From Alphaproteobacteria bacterium (GTDB taxonomy: Bacteria > Pseudomonadota > Alphaproteobacteria > Rhizobiales > Methyloligellaceae), in NCBI GenBank assembly GCA_016869535.1, contig VGDX01000011.1, forward strand, positions 23,932 to 87,931: a DNA stretch of 64,000 nucleotides, in the 5' to 3' direction. Of the stretch, positions 1 through 9,147 are shown in pieces. Below the pieces are notes generated by a model, which worked only from the letters and a program-made list of their open reading frames with translations, was not told where the DNA came from and ran no database searches. Position 1 is the first letter of the stretch. The number at the start of each line of letters is the position of its first letter. The translations under genes and the position numbers were made by a program.

Positions 1-1134
1 ACCGCGTTCCATCCGCGCTTTTCCGCGTTGACGCGCAACTACTCCGAATATCGCGGCTATTGGTTGCCGAGCCGGTTTTCCAACGATGGACCAGTCGCCG
101 AGTACTGGGCCTGCCGCGAGCGTGCGGTCATTATGGACTTATCGCCGTTGCGCAAATTCGAGGTGACCGGCCCGGATGCGGAGTCTCTGCTGCAATACGT
201 GCTTACGCGCAACGTGCGGAAACTGGCCACCGGCCAAGTGGTCTATACCGCCATGTGCTATGACCACGGCGGCATGATCGACGACGGCACACTGTTCCGC
301 CTCGGCGACACCAATTTCCGCTGGATCGGCGGCGACGAGTATAGCGGTATCTGGCTGCGCGAGCAGGCCGAGAGATTGGGATTGAAGGCCTGGGTACGCT
401 CCTCGACCAACCAGCTGCACAATATCGCCGTGCAGGGGCCGAAGAGCCGTGAGATCTTGCGGGAGGTGATTTGGACCCCTCCGGCACAGCCGACCTTGGC
501 AGAACTCGGCTGGTTCCGTTTCACCATCGGGCGCATTGGCGGTTTCGAGGGTGTGCCGGTCGTGGTGTCACGTACCGGCTATACCGGCGAACTTGGCTAC
601 GAAATCTTCTGTCACCCCAAAGATGCCCTCACCGTATTCGACGCGATCTGGCATGCGGGCGAACCGCATGGGTTGCTGCCGTTCGGGCTGGAAGCCCTCG
701 ACATGGTGCGCATCGAGGCCGGACTCGTCTTCGCCGGTTATGAATTTTGCGACCAGACCGACCCGTTCGAGGCCGGCATCGGCTTCACGGTGCCGCTGCG
801 ATCGAAGAATGAGGACTTTATTGGCCGCGAGGCATTGGTCCGGCGGCACGAGCACCCACAGAAGAAGCTGGTCGGCCTGGAGATGGAGGGCGACGAAGCG
901 GTTGGCCACGGCGACTGCATCCATATCGGCCGGCCGCAGGTCGGCGTGATTACCAGTGCCACGCGTTCGCCAATTCTGAAAAAGACGATAGCGCTCGCCA
1001 GGGTCGATGTCGCCCATTCCGAGGTCGGGACGCAAGTCGAGGTCGGCAAGCTGGACGGTCAGCAGAAGCGGCTGCCGGCGCGCATCGTGCGCTTCCCGCA
1101 CTACGATCCCGAGAAACTACGGGTGCGGGCCTGA
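1..1134 (+). CDS. tdm: Aminomethyltransferase (GcvT-fold) C-terminal part, probably TMAO demethylase Tdm; 5' end lies outside the window
   Basis: Frame is open from base 1 (TAFHPRFSALTRNYSEYRGYW). GcvT motifs DLSPLRKFEV, SRTGYTGELGYE and RIEAG are present. It lies next to tmm. The N-terminal DUF1989 part that defines Tdm is not visible. Confidence 0.7.
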   Translation, partial: TAFHPRFSALTRNYSEYRGYWLPSRFSNDGPVAEYWACRERAVIMDLSPLRKFEVTGPDAESLLQYVLTRNVRKLATGQVVYTAMCYDHGGMIDDGTLFRLGDTNFRWIGGDEYSGIWLREQAERLGLKAWVRSSTNQLHNIAVQGPKSREILREVIWTPPAQPTLAELGWFRFTIGRIGGFEGVPVVVSRTGYTGELGYEIFCHPKDALTVFDAIWHAGEPHGLLPFGLEALDMVRIEAGLVFAGYEFCDQTDPFEAGIGFTVPLRSKNEDFIGREALVRRHEHPQKKLVGLEMEGDEAVGHGDCIHIGRPQVGVITSATRSPILKKTIALARVDVAHSEVGTQVEVGKLDGQQKRLPARIVRFPHYDPEKLRVRA

Positions 1135-1149
1135 GAGGCAGGAAAAAGC

Positions 1150-2508
1150 CTATTCCGCGGCGACCTGCTTCACCGCCAGGAAAGTCTTCATGGAATCGTC
1201 CATCGCCTCTAGCCATGGCGTGTGGTGAATCGGCGCCATGGTTCCCGAGCAAGGCGATTTGAACGCCTTGTTACGGTAGCCGAGAATGGAATCCCCCTTG
1301 TCGTGTTCCCATTCTTTGAACTCGTCGACCGTCATGTCGATGTCGAATTTTGGGTAGTCGATCACGGCGCATAAGTCGCGCACATAGTCGGCCTGGAAGT
1401 CGATCTTCTCGAAAGCATCCTTGAGGGCCTCTTCGCGCTTGACCCACGCGGCATCGTCCTTGGCCATTTCCGCATGTGATGGCAGCTTGATCCTGCCCAG
1501 GATCACGTCACGCGCGTACCAGGCCTGCGCGTCGAACATGGAGAAGGTATAAAACTGATCCTGCATACCGAGATACATGAGCTTCGGATTGTCGAGCCAC
1601 ATGATGCCTTTGTAGAGATGTGGCGGATGCATACGGTTATGGGTACGCAGCTTCAGCTCTTCGTCCAGAAATGGGAAGTGATGCAGATATCCGGTGCACA
1701 AGATGATGGCATCGACATCCTTGGTCGAACCGTCTTTGAAGTGCACCGTCTTGCCCTCGATCTTGGTGAGTAGAGGCCGCTCTTCCATCGTCTCTGGCCA
1801 TTTGAAGCCCATGGGCTGGGTACGCCAGCACATGGTGACGGATTTCGCCCCGTATTTATGGCATTGGAGACCAATATCCTCCGCCGAGTAGCTTGCGCCG
1901 ACGATCAGCAGGTCCTTCCCCTTGAACTCGTCGGCGCTGCGGAAATCATGGGCATGAAGGACGCGTCCGGGGAACGACTCGATGCCTTTAAAGGACGGCA
2001 CGTTCGGTACCGAGAAATGGCCCGACGCCACGACCACATAGTCGAACTCTTCGGTTTTCATCTTGCGATCGGGTAGATGCTCGACCGTCACGGAGAATTT
2101 GCCTGACGCCTTGTCGTAGCTGATGTGGCGCACCGCCGTATTGAATTGGATCCAAGGCCTTACGCCCGCGGCCTTCGCGCGCCCGACGATGTAATCGTAG
2201 AGGACCTCGCGCGGCGGATAGGATGGAATCGGTTGTCCAAAATGTTCATCGAATGTGTAGTCGGCGAATTCCAGACATTCCTTGGGGCCGTTCGACCACA
2301 GATAACGGTACATGCTGCAATGCACCGGCTCTCCATGCTCGTCGGTGCCGACACGCCAAGTGTAGTTCCAAAGGCCGCCCCAATCGCTCTGCTTCTCGTA
2401 GCAAACGATCTCGGGGATCGCCGCTCCCTTACTTTTTGCCTGTTGGAATGCGCGTAATTCGCTGAGGCCACACGGCCCCGCCCCGATGACGGCAACACGA
2501 CCTGTCAT
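1150..2508 (-). CDS. tmm: Trimethylamine monooxygenase (bacterial flavin-containing monooxygenase)
   Basis: FAD motif GAGPCG, FMO motif FPGRVLHAHDFR, NADP motif GASYSAED and YRYLWSNGPKECLEFADY. AGGGAG SD upstream of ATG 2508. Confidence 0.9.
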   Translation of the reverse strand: MTGRVAVIGAGPCGLSELRAFQQAKSKGAAIPEIVCYEKQSDWGGLWNYTWRVGTDEHGEPVHCSMYRYLWSNGPKECLEFADYTFDEHFGQPIPSYPPREVLYDYIVGRAKAAGVRPWIQFNTAVRHISYDKASGKFSVTVEHLPDRKMKTEEFDYVVVASGHFSVPNVPSFKGIESFPGRVLHAHDFRSADEFKGKDLLIVGASYSAEDIGLQCHKYGAKSVTMCWRTQPMGFKWPETMEERPLLTKIEGKTVHFKDGSTKDVDAIILCTGYLHHFPFLDEELKLRTHNRMHPPHLYKGIMWLDNPKLMYLGMQDQFYTFSMFDAQAWYARDVILGRIKLPSHAEMAKDDAAWVKREEALKDAFEKIDFQADYVRDLCAVIDYPKFDIDMTVDEFKEWEHDKGDSILGYRNKAFKSPCSGTMAPIHHTPWLEAMDDSMKTFLAVKQVAAE

Positions 2509-2779
2509 GTCTAACTCCCTTCGATCGTACGACCCAGCCCGATACATTACACAGCCGGTGGCGCTCGGCCAGCAGGCTACCAGTGCAACTTCATTTTATG
2601 ACGCCATTTTCAATCGCACCATCTCAAACCAAAGTGGCTCCTATTGTCCTTAGGTTGGTAACGGGTCTAAGCTTTCGTCCACTTTGTTAGGGAGACTTCT
2701 ACAAATTACTTCTGGGCAAGAAGCGTAAGGTCGATCGCCGGTTTTGACGATCGTACCGCGTCGCTTTGGAGGGGTACCA

Positions 2780-4081
2780 ATGACAACCAAGTTTGCACTC
2801 AGCCTGGTCAACCGCCGTGACTTTCTTTTAACGACTGCCGCTGCCACCGTTATGGCCGGCGTTTCCATGCCTAAGATTACGTTCGCGGCCGACAAAGTCG
2901 TGAAGATCGGCTTCCTCGCTCCGCTGACCGGTGAGGTCGCGGCTTGGGGCAAACCCGGTCTCGACGGCTGCAGTATCTGGGCCGATTGGGTCAATGCCGA
3001 TGGCGGCATCAAGATCGGCGATGATGCCTACAAGGTCGAATTCGTCGCCTATGACGACGAATACGACCCCGGCAAGGCGCGCACCGGCGCCGTCAAGCTG
3101 ATCAAGGAAGACGGTGTCAAGTTCGTCATGATGCTTGGTGGTGATCCTTGGCCAGGCGTTTCGCCGGTATCGGACAAGGAGAAGATGTTATTCTCCACGC
3201 TCCTGCCGAGCGATCTGACTCCTGAGACCAAGTTGCTGGTCGCACCTTGCGAAGTGCATCCCATCTACAACGTCACGGGCGTCGAGTGGTTGGCGGAGAA
3301 CAAGCCAGATCTGAAGACTGCGGTCATCGTCGCCCAGGACGACTCCCTCGGCAAGCCTTCCGTAGCGACTTATCTCGCGGCGTTCGAAGCGGCGGGCATC
3401 AAGGTCTTGGGCGATCCAATCTTCTTCGATCCGGCGACAACGGACTTTGCGCCGATCATGTCGAAGATGCTGGCGCTCAAACCGGACATCATCTGCCTTG
3501 ACACCTGCTATGCAGACTATGTGCACCCGCTCACTGAGCAGGCCTTTCAGCAGGGCTTCAAGGGGCAGATGATCTCTTGTACGGCCGACTTCTATCCGAA
3601 GATGGTCGAGAAGACCTCCAAGGAGTTCATGGAGGGCTTCATTTTCCAATTCCCCGACTTCGACGATCCGGCTCTTAATGCTGAGCACGTCAATTTCCGC
3701 AAGCCGAACGATTTTTTCCAGGAATACGTGAAGCGTTTCGGCGAAGGCGAGTGGAGCGCTGTGTCATGGGAATACGCCTCCATCATGGATCTTTGGTCTG
3801 ACGCCGCAGGACGCGCCGGCACTACCGACCCGGAGAAGGTGCTCGAAGCCATGCAGGTCGGCGGCACTGGCAAACAGGCCTTCGGCGAAGCCAAATGGTG
3901 GGGCAAGGAACTCTTCGGTATCGATAACGCCTTGGTCGGTCTCTGGCCGGTCGTCGTCATCGAGGATGGTAAGGCCAGAATCAAGGAGTTCAAATCCATC
4001 CCCGCATGGTGGGACAAGCACAAGGCTCTCATGATCAAGCACATGGAAGCGCTGAACCAGATGTACTACCAGCGCAGCTGA
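2780..4081 (+). CDS. HAAT (LivK-like) ABC transporter substrate-binding protein with Tat signal
   Basis: NRRDFL twin-arginine leader, KIGFLAPLTG and YDDEYDP type I periplasmic binding-fold motifs, GGAGGGG SD. Confidence 0.85.
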   Translation: MTTKFALSLVNRRDFLLTTAAATVMAGVSMPKITFAADKVVKIGFLAPLTGEVAAWGKPGLDGCSIWADWVNADGGIKIGDDAYKVEFVAYDDEYDPGKARTGAVKLIKEDGVKFVMMLGGDPWPGVSPVSDKEKMLFSTLLPSDLTPETKLLVAPCEVHPIYNVTGVEWLAENKPDLKTAVIVAQDDSLGKPSVATYLAAFEAAGIKVLGDPIFFDPATTDFAPIMSKMLALKPDIICLDTCYADYVHPLTEQAFQQGFKGQMISCTADFYPKMVEKTSKEFMEGFIFQFPDFDDPALNAEHVNFRKPNDFFQEYVKRFGEGEWSAVSWEYASIMDLWSDAAGRAGTTDPEKVLEAMQVGGTGKQAFGEAKWWGKELFGIDNALVGLWPVVVIEDGKARIKEFKSIPAWWDKHKALMIKHMEALNQMYYQRS

Positions 4082-4222
4082 GCCTGTCTCTGACGAGCGT
4101 GGGAATTGCCGGCACTCCGCGCCATCTAGAACTGGCGTCGCGGCGGCATTTGCCGCAACCTGCGCCGATTGGGCAGGATGGCAAGGCCAAGGCTGCGACC
4201 GCCGGTGTCGCGGAGTCTGACG

Positions 4223-5095
4223 ATGACTGTTGAGTTGCTCCTTCAGACCATCGTGAACGCGACCTACGCCGCGAGCTATATGGCGCTCATCGCCGTGGGC
4301 TTGGTGCTTATCTTCGGGGTCATGGGCGTGATCAACTTTGCCCATGGCGAGCTCTACATGGCCGGCGCCTATGTCATCGTCGCGCTTTATGCGGGCTCGG
4401 GCGTGCCCTTCTTTCTCGCCGTGTTCGCCGGACTCATTTTCGTCGGCCTGCTCGGGCTTCTCATGGAGTACGGCCTATTCAGGCCGTTGCGCGAGAATCC
4501 GCTTGGCGGCCTGATCGCCTCGATCGGCTTCCTGCTCATTCTGCAAACAGTGGCGGTGCTCGGCTTCGGCATTCGCATGCGCCACGTGCCCCCGGCGACG
4601 CAAGATACCATCGTGTTCATGGACGGCGTGGTGCTGACCTATCAACGGCTCTACGTCATCGTGGCCACGGTGATTTTGCTGACAGCGCTGTGGTTATTTC
4701 TGCGCAAGAGCAAGTTCGGGTGGGCCTTGCGCGCCTGCGCGCAGGACCGCGAAGCGGCCGCCCTTCAGGGCATTTCCATCAACCAGACGGCGCGGCTCGC
4801 GATGTTCATCGGCGCGGCGCTCGCCGGCGTCGCCGGCGCGCTCACTGCCCCGCTCGTCGCCCCGACCCCGTTCATGGGGCATGCGGTCATCATTACTGCC
4901 TTTATCATCATCATCGTTGGCGGCATTGGCTCATTGGGAGGCGCGGTGCTCGCCGCCATCCTGTATGCGTTTGTGTACACTTTCGTCACCACGATCTATG
5001 ACGGCACGCTCGCTAATATCGTGGGGCTGCTTTTAATGCTTATCGTTCTGATCGTGAAACCGACTGGTCTTTTCGGAGCGAAGGAACGTGCCTGA
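4223..5095 (+). CDS. HAAT ABC permease, LivH-like
   Basis: GLVLIFGVMGVINFAHGELYM motif, LRACAQDREAAALQGI loop, multiple TM segments. Confidence 0.9.
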   Translation: MTVELLLQTIVNATYAASYMALIAVGLVLIFGVMGVINFAHGELYMAGAYVIVALYAGSGVPFFLAVFAGLIFVGLLGLLMEYGLFRPLRENPLGGLIASIGFLLILQTVAVLGFGIRMRHVPPATQDTIVFMDGVVLTYQRLYVIVATVILLTALWLFLRKSKFGWALRACAQDREAAALQGISINQTARLAMFIGAALAGVAGALTAPLVAPTPFMGHAVIITAFIIIIVGGIGSLGGAVLAAILYAFVYTFVTTIYDGTLANIVGLLLMLIVLIVKPTGLFGAKERA

Positions 5096-6122
5096 ACGCG
5101 CCGCCAGCCCGAAACTTTACTGGGCGATCGGAGCTGTCCCGCTGGCGGCGGGCCTCATCGTGCTGCCGCATCTCTTGTCCTTCTCGCAGCAGGAGATCCT
5201 CGTCCTACTCACTATCAACGTCCTGCTCGTGTGCAGCTACCGGCTGTTGACGTTGACGGGTGAATGGTCGCTCGCTCACGCGGTGATCATGGGTATCGGC
5301 GCCTATAGCTCGGCGCTTGCCGCCAAACAGCTGGGTCTCCCGGTGCCGTTGTCGATGCTGGTTGGTGCGGGAGCCGCAGGTTTTATCGCCTTTCTCTTGA
5401 GCTTCCCGCTTCTTCGCATGAAAGGCTTCTACTTCCTCATTGGTTCGTTCGCCGCGGGCGAGATCATCCGTCTGATCTGGAAATGGAGCGAGCTGACATG
5501 GTTGTTCGGTGGCCCTAAGGGCATCAAGCTCATACCGCCTTTTCCCGACATTGAGGTCTTCTCGATCGATTTTTACGACCCGGCTAACTACTACTATCTC
5601 TGTCTGATCGTGGTGACGATTTCGCTCGTCATCCTCTATCGCATCGAGCACTCACGCATCGGCCTCACCTTCCATGCCATCCATTGGCAGGACAAGCTGG
5701 CCCAATCCGTCGGCGTCAACACCTTCCGTTATCGCATGCTGGCTTTCGTCGTCTCGGCGTTCTTTGCCGGTCTCGCGGGCGCCCTCTACGCCCACTATGT
5801 TGGAACGGTGAATCCCAACCGGTTTGGCGTAGAGGAGATGGTCTATATTTTGATTTGGGCCATCGTCGGCGGGACCGCTACGTTCTACGGTCCGATTCTC
5901 GGTGTTGTCGTTCTAACGGTCCTCAATGAGGTGGTTCTGCGCGCCCTCAATATCGATCAGATGCGGCCGATGCTTTACGGCGCGATCCTCATTGTCTCCA
6001 TTCTTTTCCTGCCCCAAGGCCTAGAAAGCGTGGTGCCCAAGATCAAGGGATGGCTCGCCCAACGCAGGCAGAAGCGGGCCATCGCCAAGCCGCCGTCGGA
6101 AGCTGAACAGCCGGCGAAATAA
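5088..6122 (+). CDS. HAAT ABC permease, LivM-like
   Basis: GEWSLAHAVIMGIGAY, LRMKGFYF and IVGGTATFYGPILG motifs. GTG start overlaps the livH-like stop. Confidence 0.9.
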   Translation: MPERAASPKLYWAIGAVPLAAGLIVLPHLLSFSQQEILVLLTINVLLVCSYRLLTLTGEWSLAHAVIMGIGAYSSALAAKQLGLPVPLSMLVGAGAAGFIAFLLSFPLLRMKGFYFLIGSFAAGEIIRLIWKWSELTWLFGGPKGIKLIPPFPDIEVFSIDFYDPANYYYLCLIVVTISLVILYRIEHSRIGLTFHAIHWQDKLAQSVGVNTFRYRMLAFVVSAFFAGLAGALYAHYVGTVNPNRFGVEEMVYILIWAIVGGTATFYGPILGVVVLTVLNEVVLRALNIDQMRPMLYGAILIVSILFLPQGLESVVPKIKGWLAQRRQKRAIAKPPSEAEQPAK

Positions 6123-6140
6123 GTGTGGCGACTCACCCAG

Positions 6141-6731
6141 TCACTTTTTTGGCACTGGTGGCGCCAGCAACAAGAACGCCGCCGCCATCAGCTTGCGCGT
6201 ATCGTTGAGCATGGCGGGCCGCTCGCGACGCCAAAGCACCACCGCGTCAGCCGCGGACACACAGGCGGCATGGTTCGATGCGTTCAGCGCTTCGAGCCGC
6301 ATCGTCGCCTCGGCAGCGATCTCTTGCCACCGCTCCTGCCACCTGGCCCTGTAGGTGTCACGATGGCGTGCCTCCATGCGCATGTGGAATAGCGAGCTTC
6401 GTGCCACGCGCGGGGCGGCCATGCGCGCAATCCACGGTGCTGTGTGCCGCCAGACGTCAAGCGCTTCGCGAAACAGGAATGCGTTATCGTTGCCCTGATG
6501 CGATAAAGACAGGCATAGGCCGAAATTGGCGAGGCTCGTGCCGAGGCGCGGATCGATCGGCTCGAAAGCGGCTCGCGCGATCTGGAGCGCTTGCCCTGCC
6601 GCCTCCTTGGCCAGCAGATAGTCTTGATGCGCGGCGGCGTCTGCTGCCCGCTCGGAAGCCACTTCCCAGGCGAGATCGGCTTCGCTCCATCCTGCGTTGA
6701 GAAGCTCTTTCGCGCTCCAGGCCTCAGGCAC
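6141..6731 (-). CDS. Hypothetical helical, TPR-like protein
   Basis: 196 aa, Ala/Arg-rich. AFEPIDPRLGTSLANFG resembles a TPR_12-type repeat. Start overlaps the livF-like stop by 8 nt. Confidence 0.7.
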   Translation of the reverse strand: MPEAWSAKELLNAGWSEADLAWEVASERAADAAAHQDYLLAKEAAGQALQIARAAFEPIDPRLGTSLANFGLCLSLSHQGNDNAFLFREALDVWRHTAPWIARMAAPRVARSSLFHMRMEARHRDTYRARWQERWQEIAAEATMRLEALNASNHAACVSAADAVVLWRRERPAMLNDTRKLMAAAFLLLAPPVPKK

Positions 6732-7431
6732 CGAGATAGGCCCGCTTCACATGCTCGTTGTCGTGAAGTTCGTGCGCCGGTCCTTCCAGGGCGATACTTC
6801 CGGTCTCTAGAACATAGGCGTAGCGCGCCAGTTTGAGCGCCAACTCGGCGTTCTGCTCGACCAGTACGACGGAAACGCCACGATCAACGATATCGCGAAT
6901 GATGCGCGCCATCTCCTGCACCATGACTGGTGACAAACCCATCGAGGGCTCATCGAGAACGAGCATTTTAGGCCGCGACATGAGCGCCCTGCCAATGGCG
7001 AGCATCTGCTGCTCGCCTCCCGACAGGGACCGCGCCCATTGTCTGCGCCGTTCCTTGAGACGGGGAAAATGATGGAAGACTTCGTCGAGATCTTTGTCGA
7101 TCTCTGCCTTGTCGGAGCGCAGGAACGCTCCGGTCCGCAAATTCTCCTCGACAGTCAGGTCCGGAAACACGCGGCGGCCTTCGGGGACATGCGCGATGCC
7201 GCGAGCAACGATCTTCTCTGGCGCGAGCTTGTCGATGCGTTCCCCCGCGAACAGAATCTCGCCCTTGCTGATTGGCGCCAGCCCGGAAATAGCCCGCAAG
7301 GTCGTGCTCTTTCCGGCGCCGTTGGCGCCGATGATCGTAACGATCCCATCCTCCGGAACGGCTATGTTGATGCCTTTGAGCGCCGCGACCTTGTGGTAGT
7401 GGACATGGACGTTGTTGATCTCAAGCAGCAT
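6724..7431 (-). CDS. HAAT ABC ATPase, LivF-like
   Basis: Walker A GANGAGKST, signature LSGGEQQML, Walker B LVLDEPS. Confidence 0.95.
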   Translation of the reverse strand: MLLEINNVHVHYHKVAALKGINIAVPEDGIVTIIGANGAGKSTTLRAISGLAPISKGEILFAGERIDKLAPEKIVARGIAHVPEGRRVFPDLTVEENLRTGAFLRSDKAEIDKDLDEVFHHFPRLKERRRQWARSLSGGEQQMLAIGRALMSRPKMLVLDEPSMGLSPVMVQEMARIIRDIVDRGVSVVLVEQNAELALKLARYAYVLETGSIALEGPAHELHDNEHVKRAYLGA

Positions 7432-8203
7432 CGAGCGCGCTTCCCAGATAAGCTTCGATAACGGCGGGGTTGATGCGAACTTCCGCGGGCGTTCCTTCGG
7501 CCAGAAGCGTGCCGAAATTCATGACCGTGATGGTTTCGCATAGACCCATCACTGCCTTCATGTCGTGCTCGATCAGCATGATGGTCACGCCATGCTCGTC
7601 GCGGACAAGCTTGACGAGCTCAATCATCCGCTTGGTCTCCTCCGGGTTCATGCCGGTGAAGGGCTCATCGAGCAGCATGAGCTTCGGACCGGCGGCGAGT
7701 GCCACGGCCATACCAAGCGCACGCTGATGGCCGTGGGGCAGGTTGGCTGCGAGTTCTCCGGCCTGGTCCTGCAAGCCGAAGAGCTCCAGAATCTCTGTTG
7801 CCTTGCAGTCGGCGGCCTCTTCGGTGGTGCGGTCCCTGCCGAGAATTCGCTTGAGGAGGCCGGCCTTGGCACTACGGTGACAGCCAAGCCTGACATTATC
7901 GAGTACGCTCAGCTCATGGAACAGGGTCGTCCCCTGAAACGTGCGGATAAGACCAAACTCGGCAAGCGCGCTGGTTTCGTGTCCTGAGATGTCCTCACCG
8001 AGATAGATGACCTTCCCGCTTGAGGGCGCGTAGAAGCCGCTAATGACATTAAAGGTCGTGGTCTTGCCGGCGCCGTTCGGACCGATCAGGCCATGAATCG
8101 ATCCGGGGTAGACATCGAAACTGAACCTATTGACGGCCACGATGCCGCCAAAGGATCGAACCAGCGCCTGCACCTGGAGGATAGGAGGTTTGGTCTGGGT
8201 CAT
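7421..8203 (-). CDS. HAAT ABC ATPase, LivG-like
   Basis: GPNGAGKTT, LPHGHQR, LLLDEP-like LMLLDEP, IEHDM and C-terminal VIEAYLG. Confidence 0.95.
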   Translation of the reverse strand: MTQTKPPILQVQALVRSFGGIVAVNRFSFDVYPGSIHGLIGPNGAGKTTTFNVISGFYAPSSGKVIYLGEDISGHETSALAEFGLIRTFQGTTLFHELSVLDNVRLGCHRSAKAGLLKRILGRDRTTEEAADCKATEILELFGLQDQAGELAANLPHGHQRALGMAVALAAGPKLMLLDEPFTGMNPEETKRMIELVKLVRDEHGVTIMLIEHDMKAVMGLCETITVMNFGTLLAEGTPAEVRINPAVIEAYLGSALDAA

Positions 8204-8283
8204 AGGTGTTCGGCGGCATTCAATTGGTTTGTGGCATCGGACAATGATGTCATCTTCCACGTTTCCCGCGCCTCGTGCATCCT

Positions 8284-9147
8284 CTAATTTCCTGTAGATT
8301 TTGCCACTTCATTCATGGCGATCTCCGCCACCGTAAGCTGAGGCGTGGCATCCTCTCCTTCGCCGATGAACCAAGCCGCCGAAAGCCCGGCATGGGCGAC
8401 AATCCATTTGAGCAGACGCGTGCGATCGAGCTTCGCCGCCTCGGCCACGACGCTCGCCTGACGCGCGAGACGCCCCGATGAGAGTGCCGCGACCGGATCG
8501 GGGTTGCAGAAGATATTGGCGAAGTCATACCCGCGCTCGCCGATGAGCCCCTTCGGATCGATGGCGAGCCAGCCGCGTGATCTGAAATCCAAGACATTCC
8601 CGTGATGCAGGTCGCCATGCAGAACAGTGATGTCCTGCGGCGCGGCTAGGAGTTTGCGTGCCGTTTTCTCGGCCAGACGCAGCACGCCCCCATGTGCTGC
8701 CGCCATTGGCGAGAGCTCGGCAAACCGGCGCGTCAATGGAATGAGTTCCGGCGCCGGTTGTTGACGCGGTTCATGGAGCCGCGATGCAACAGCACAAATG
8801 ATGCGACTTGCCTCGTCATCCTTGCCGTCGCGCACCATCCTGGCGAGAGAGCCTGTGCCTTCCGCGCGCTCCATCAACAGTGCATCATCATCACGCGCAT
8901 AAACGCGTGCGGCGCCGTTGCCCTCCCACCATGCCATAAGATGTGCGCCGAAGCGTTCCTCGGGCTCGACGGCGATCTTCAACATGGCCGGTTGACCGTT
9001 CCAGCGAACCGCCAAAAGCCGGCTTCGCTCGGTGACGATCGGATCACCGTCGGGTGCGAGCGCCCAGCGCGACAGATAAGGTTCGAACGTCTCGGGGTCG
9101 CTCAGGGAATTACTCGGCCGCGTGCTTCTTCCAGCGTGCGACGGCAT
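8284..9147 (-). CDS. APH(6)/StrB-family aminoglycoside/hydroxyurea phosphotransferase-like kinase; start uncertain
   Basis: LHGDLHHGNVL and WLAIDPKG kinase motifs. The nearest in-frame ATGs lie inside moaE. Confidence 0.8.
   Translation of the reverse strand: MPSHAGRSTRPSNSLSDPETFEPYLSRWALAPDGDPIVTERSRLLAVRWNGQPAMLKIAVEPEERFGAHLMAWWEGNGAARVYARDDDALLMERAEGTGSLARMVRDGKDDEASRIICAVASRLHEPRQQPAPELIPLTRRFAELSPMAAAHGGVLRLAEKTARKLLAAPQDITVLHGDLHHGNVLDFRSRGWLAIDPKGLIGERGYDFANIFCNPDPVAALSSGRLARQASVVAEAAKLDRTRLLKWIVAHAGLSAAWFIGEGEDATPQLTVAEIAMNEVAKSTGN

Noticed and set aside
2522-2756. CGATCGTAC repeated near both the tmm and SBP starts
   Set aside because: Only 9 bp, built on a common CG-rich palindrome and in the same orientation for divergent genes. 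Insufficient to call an operator.
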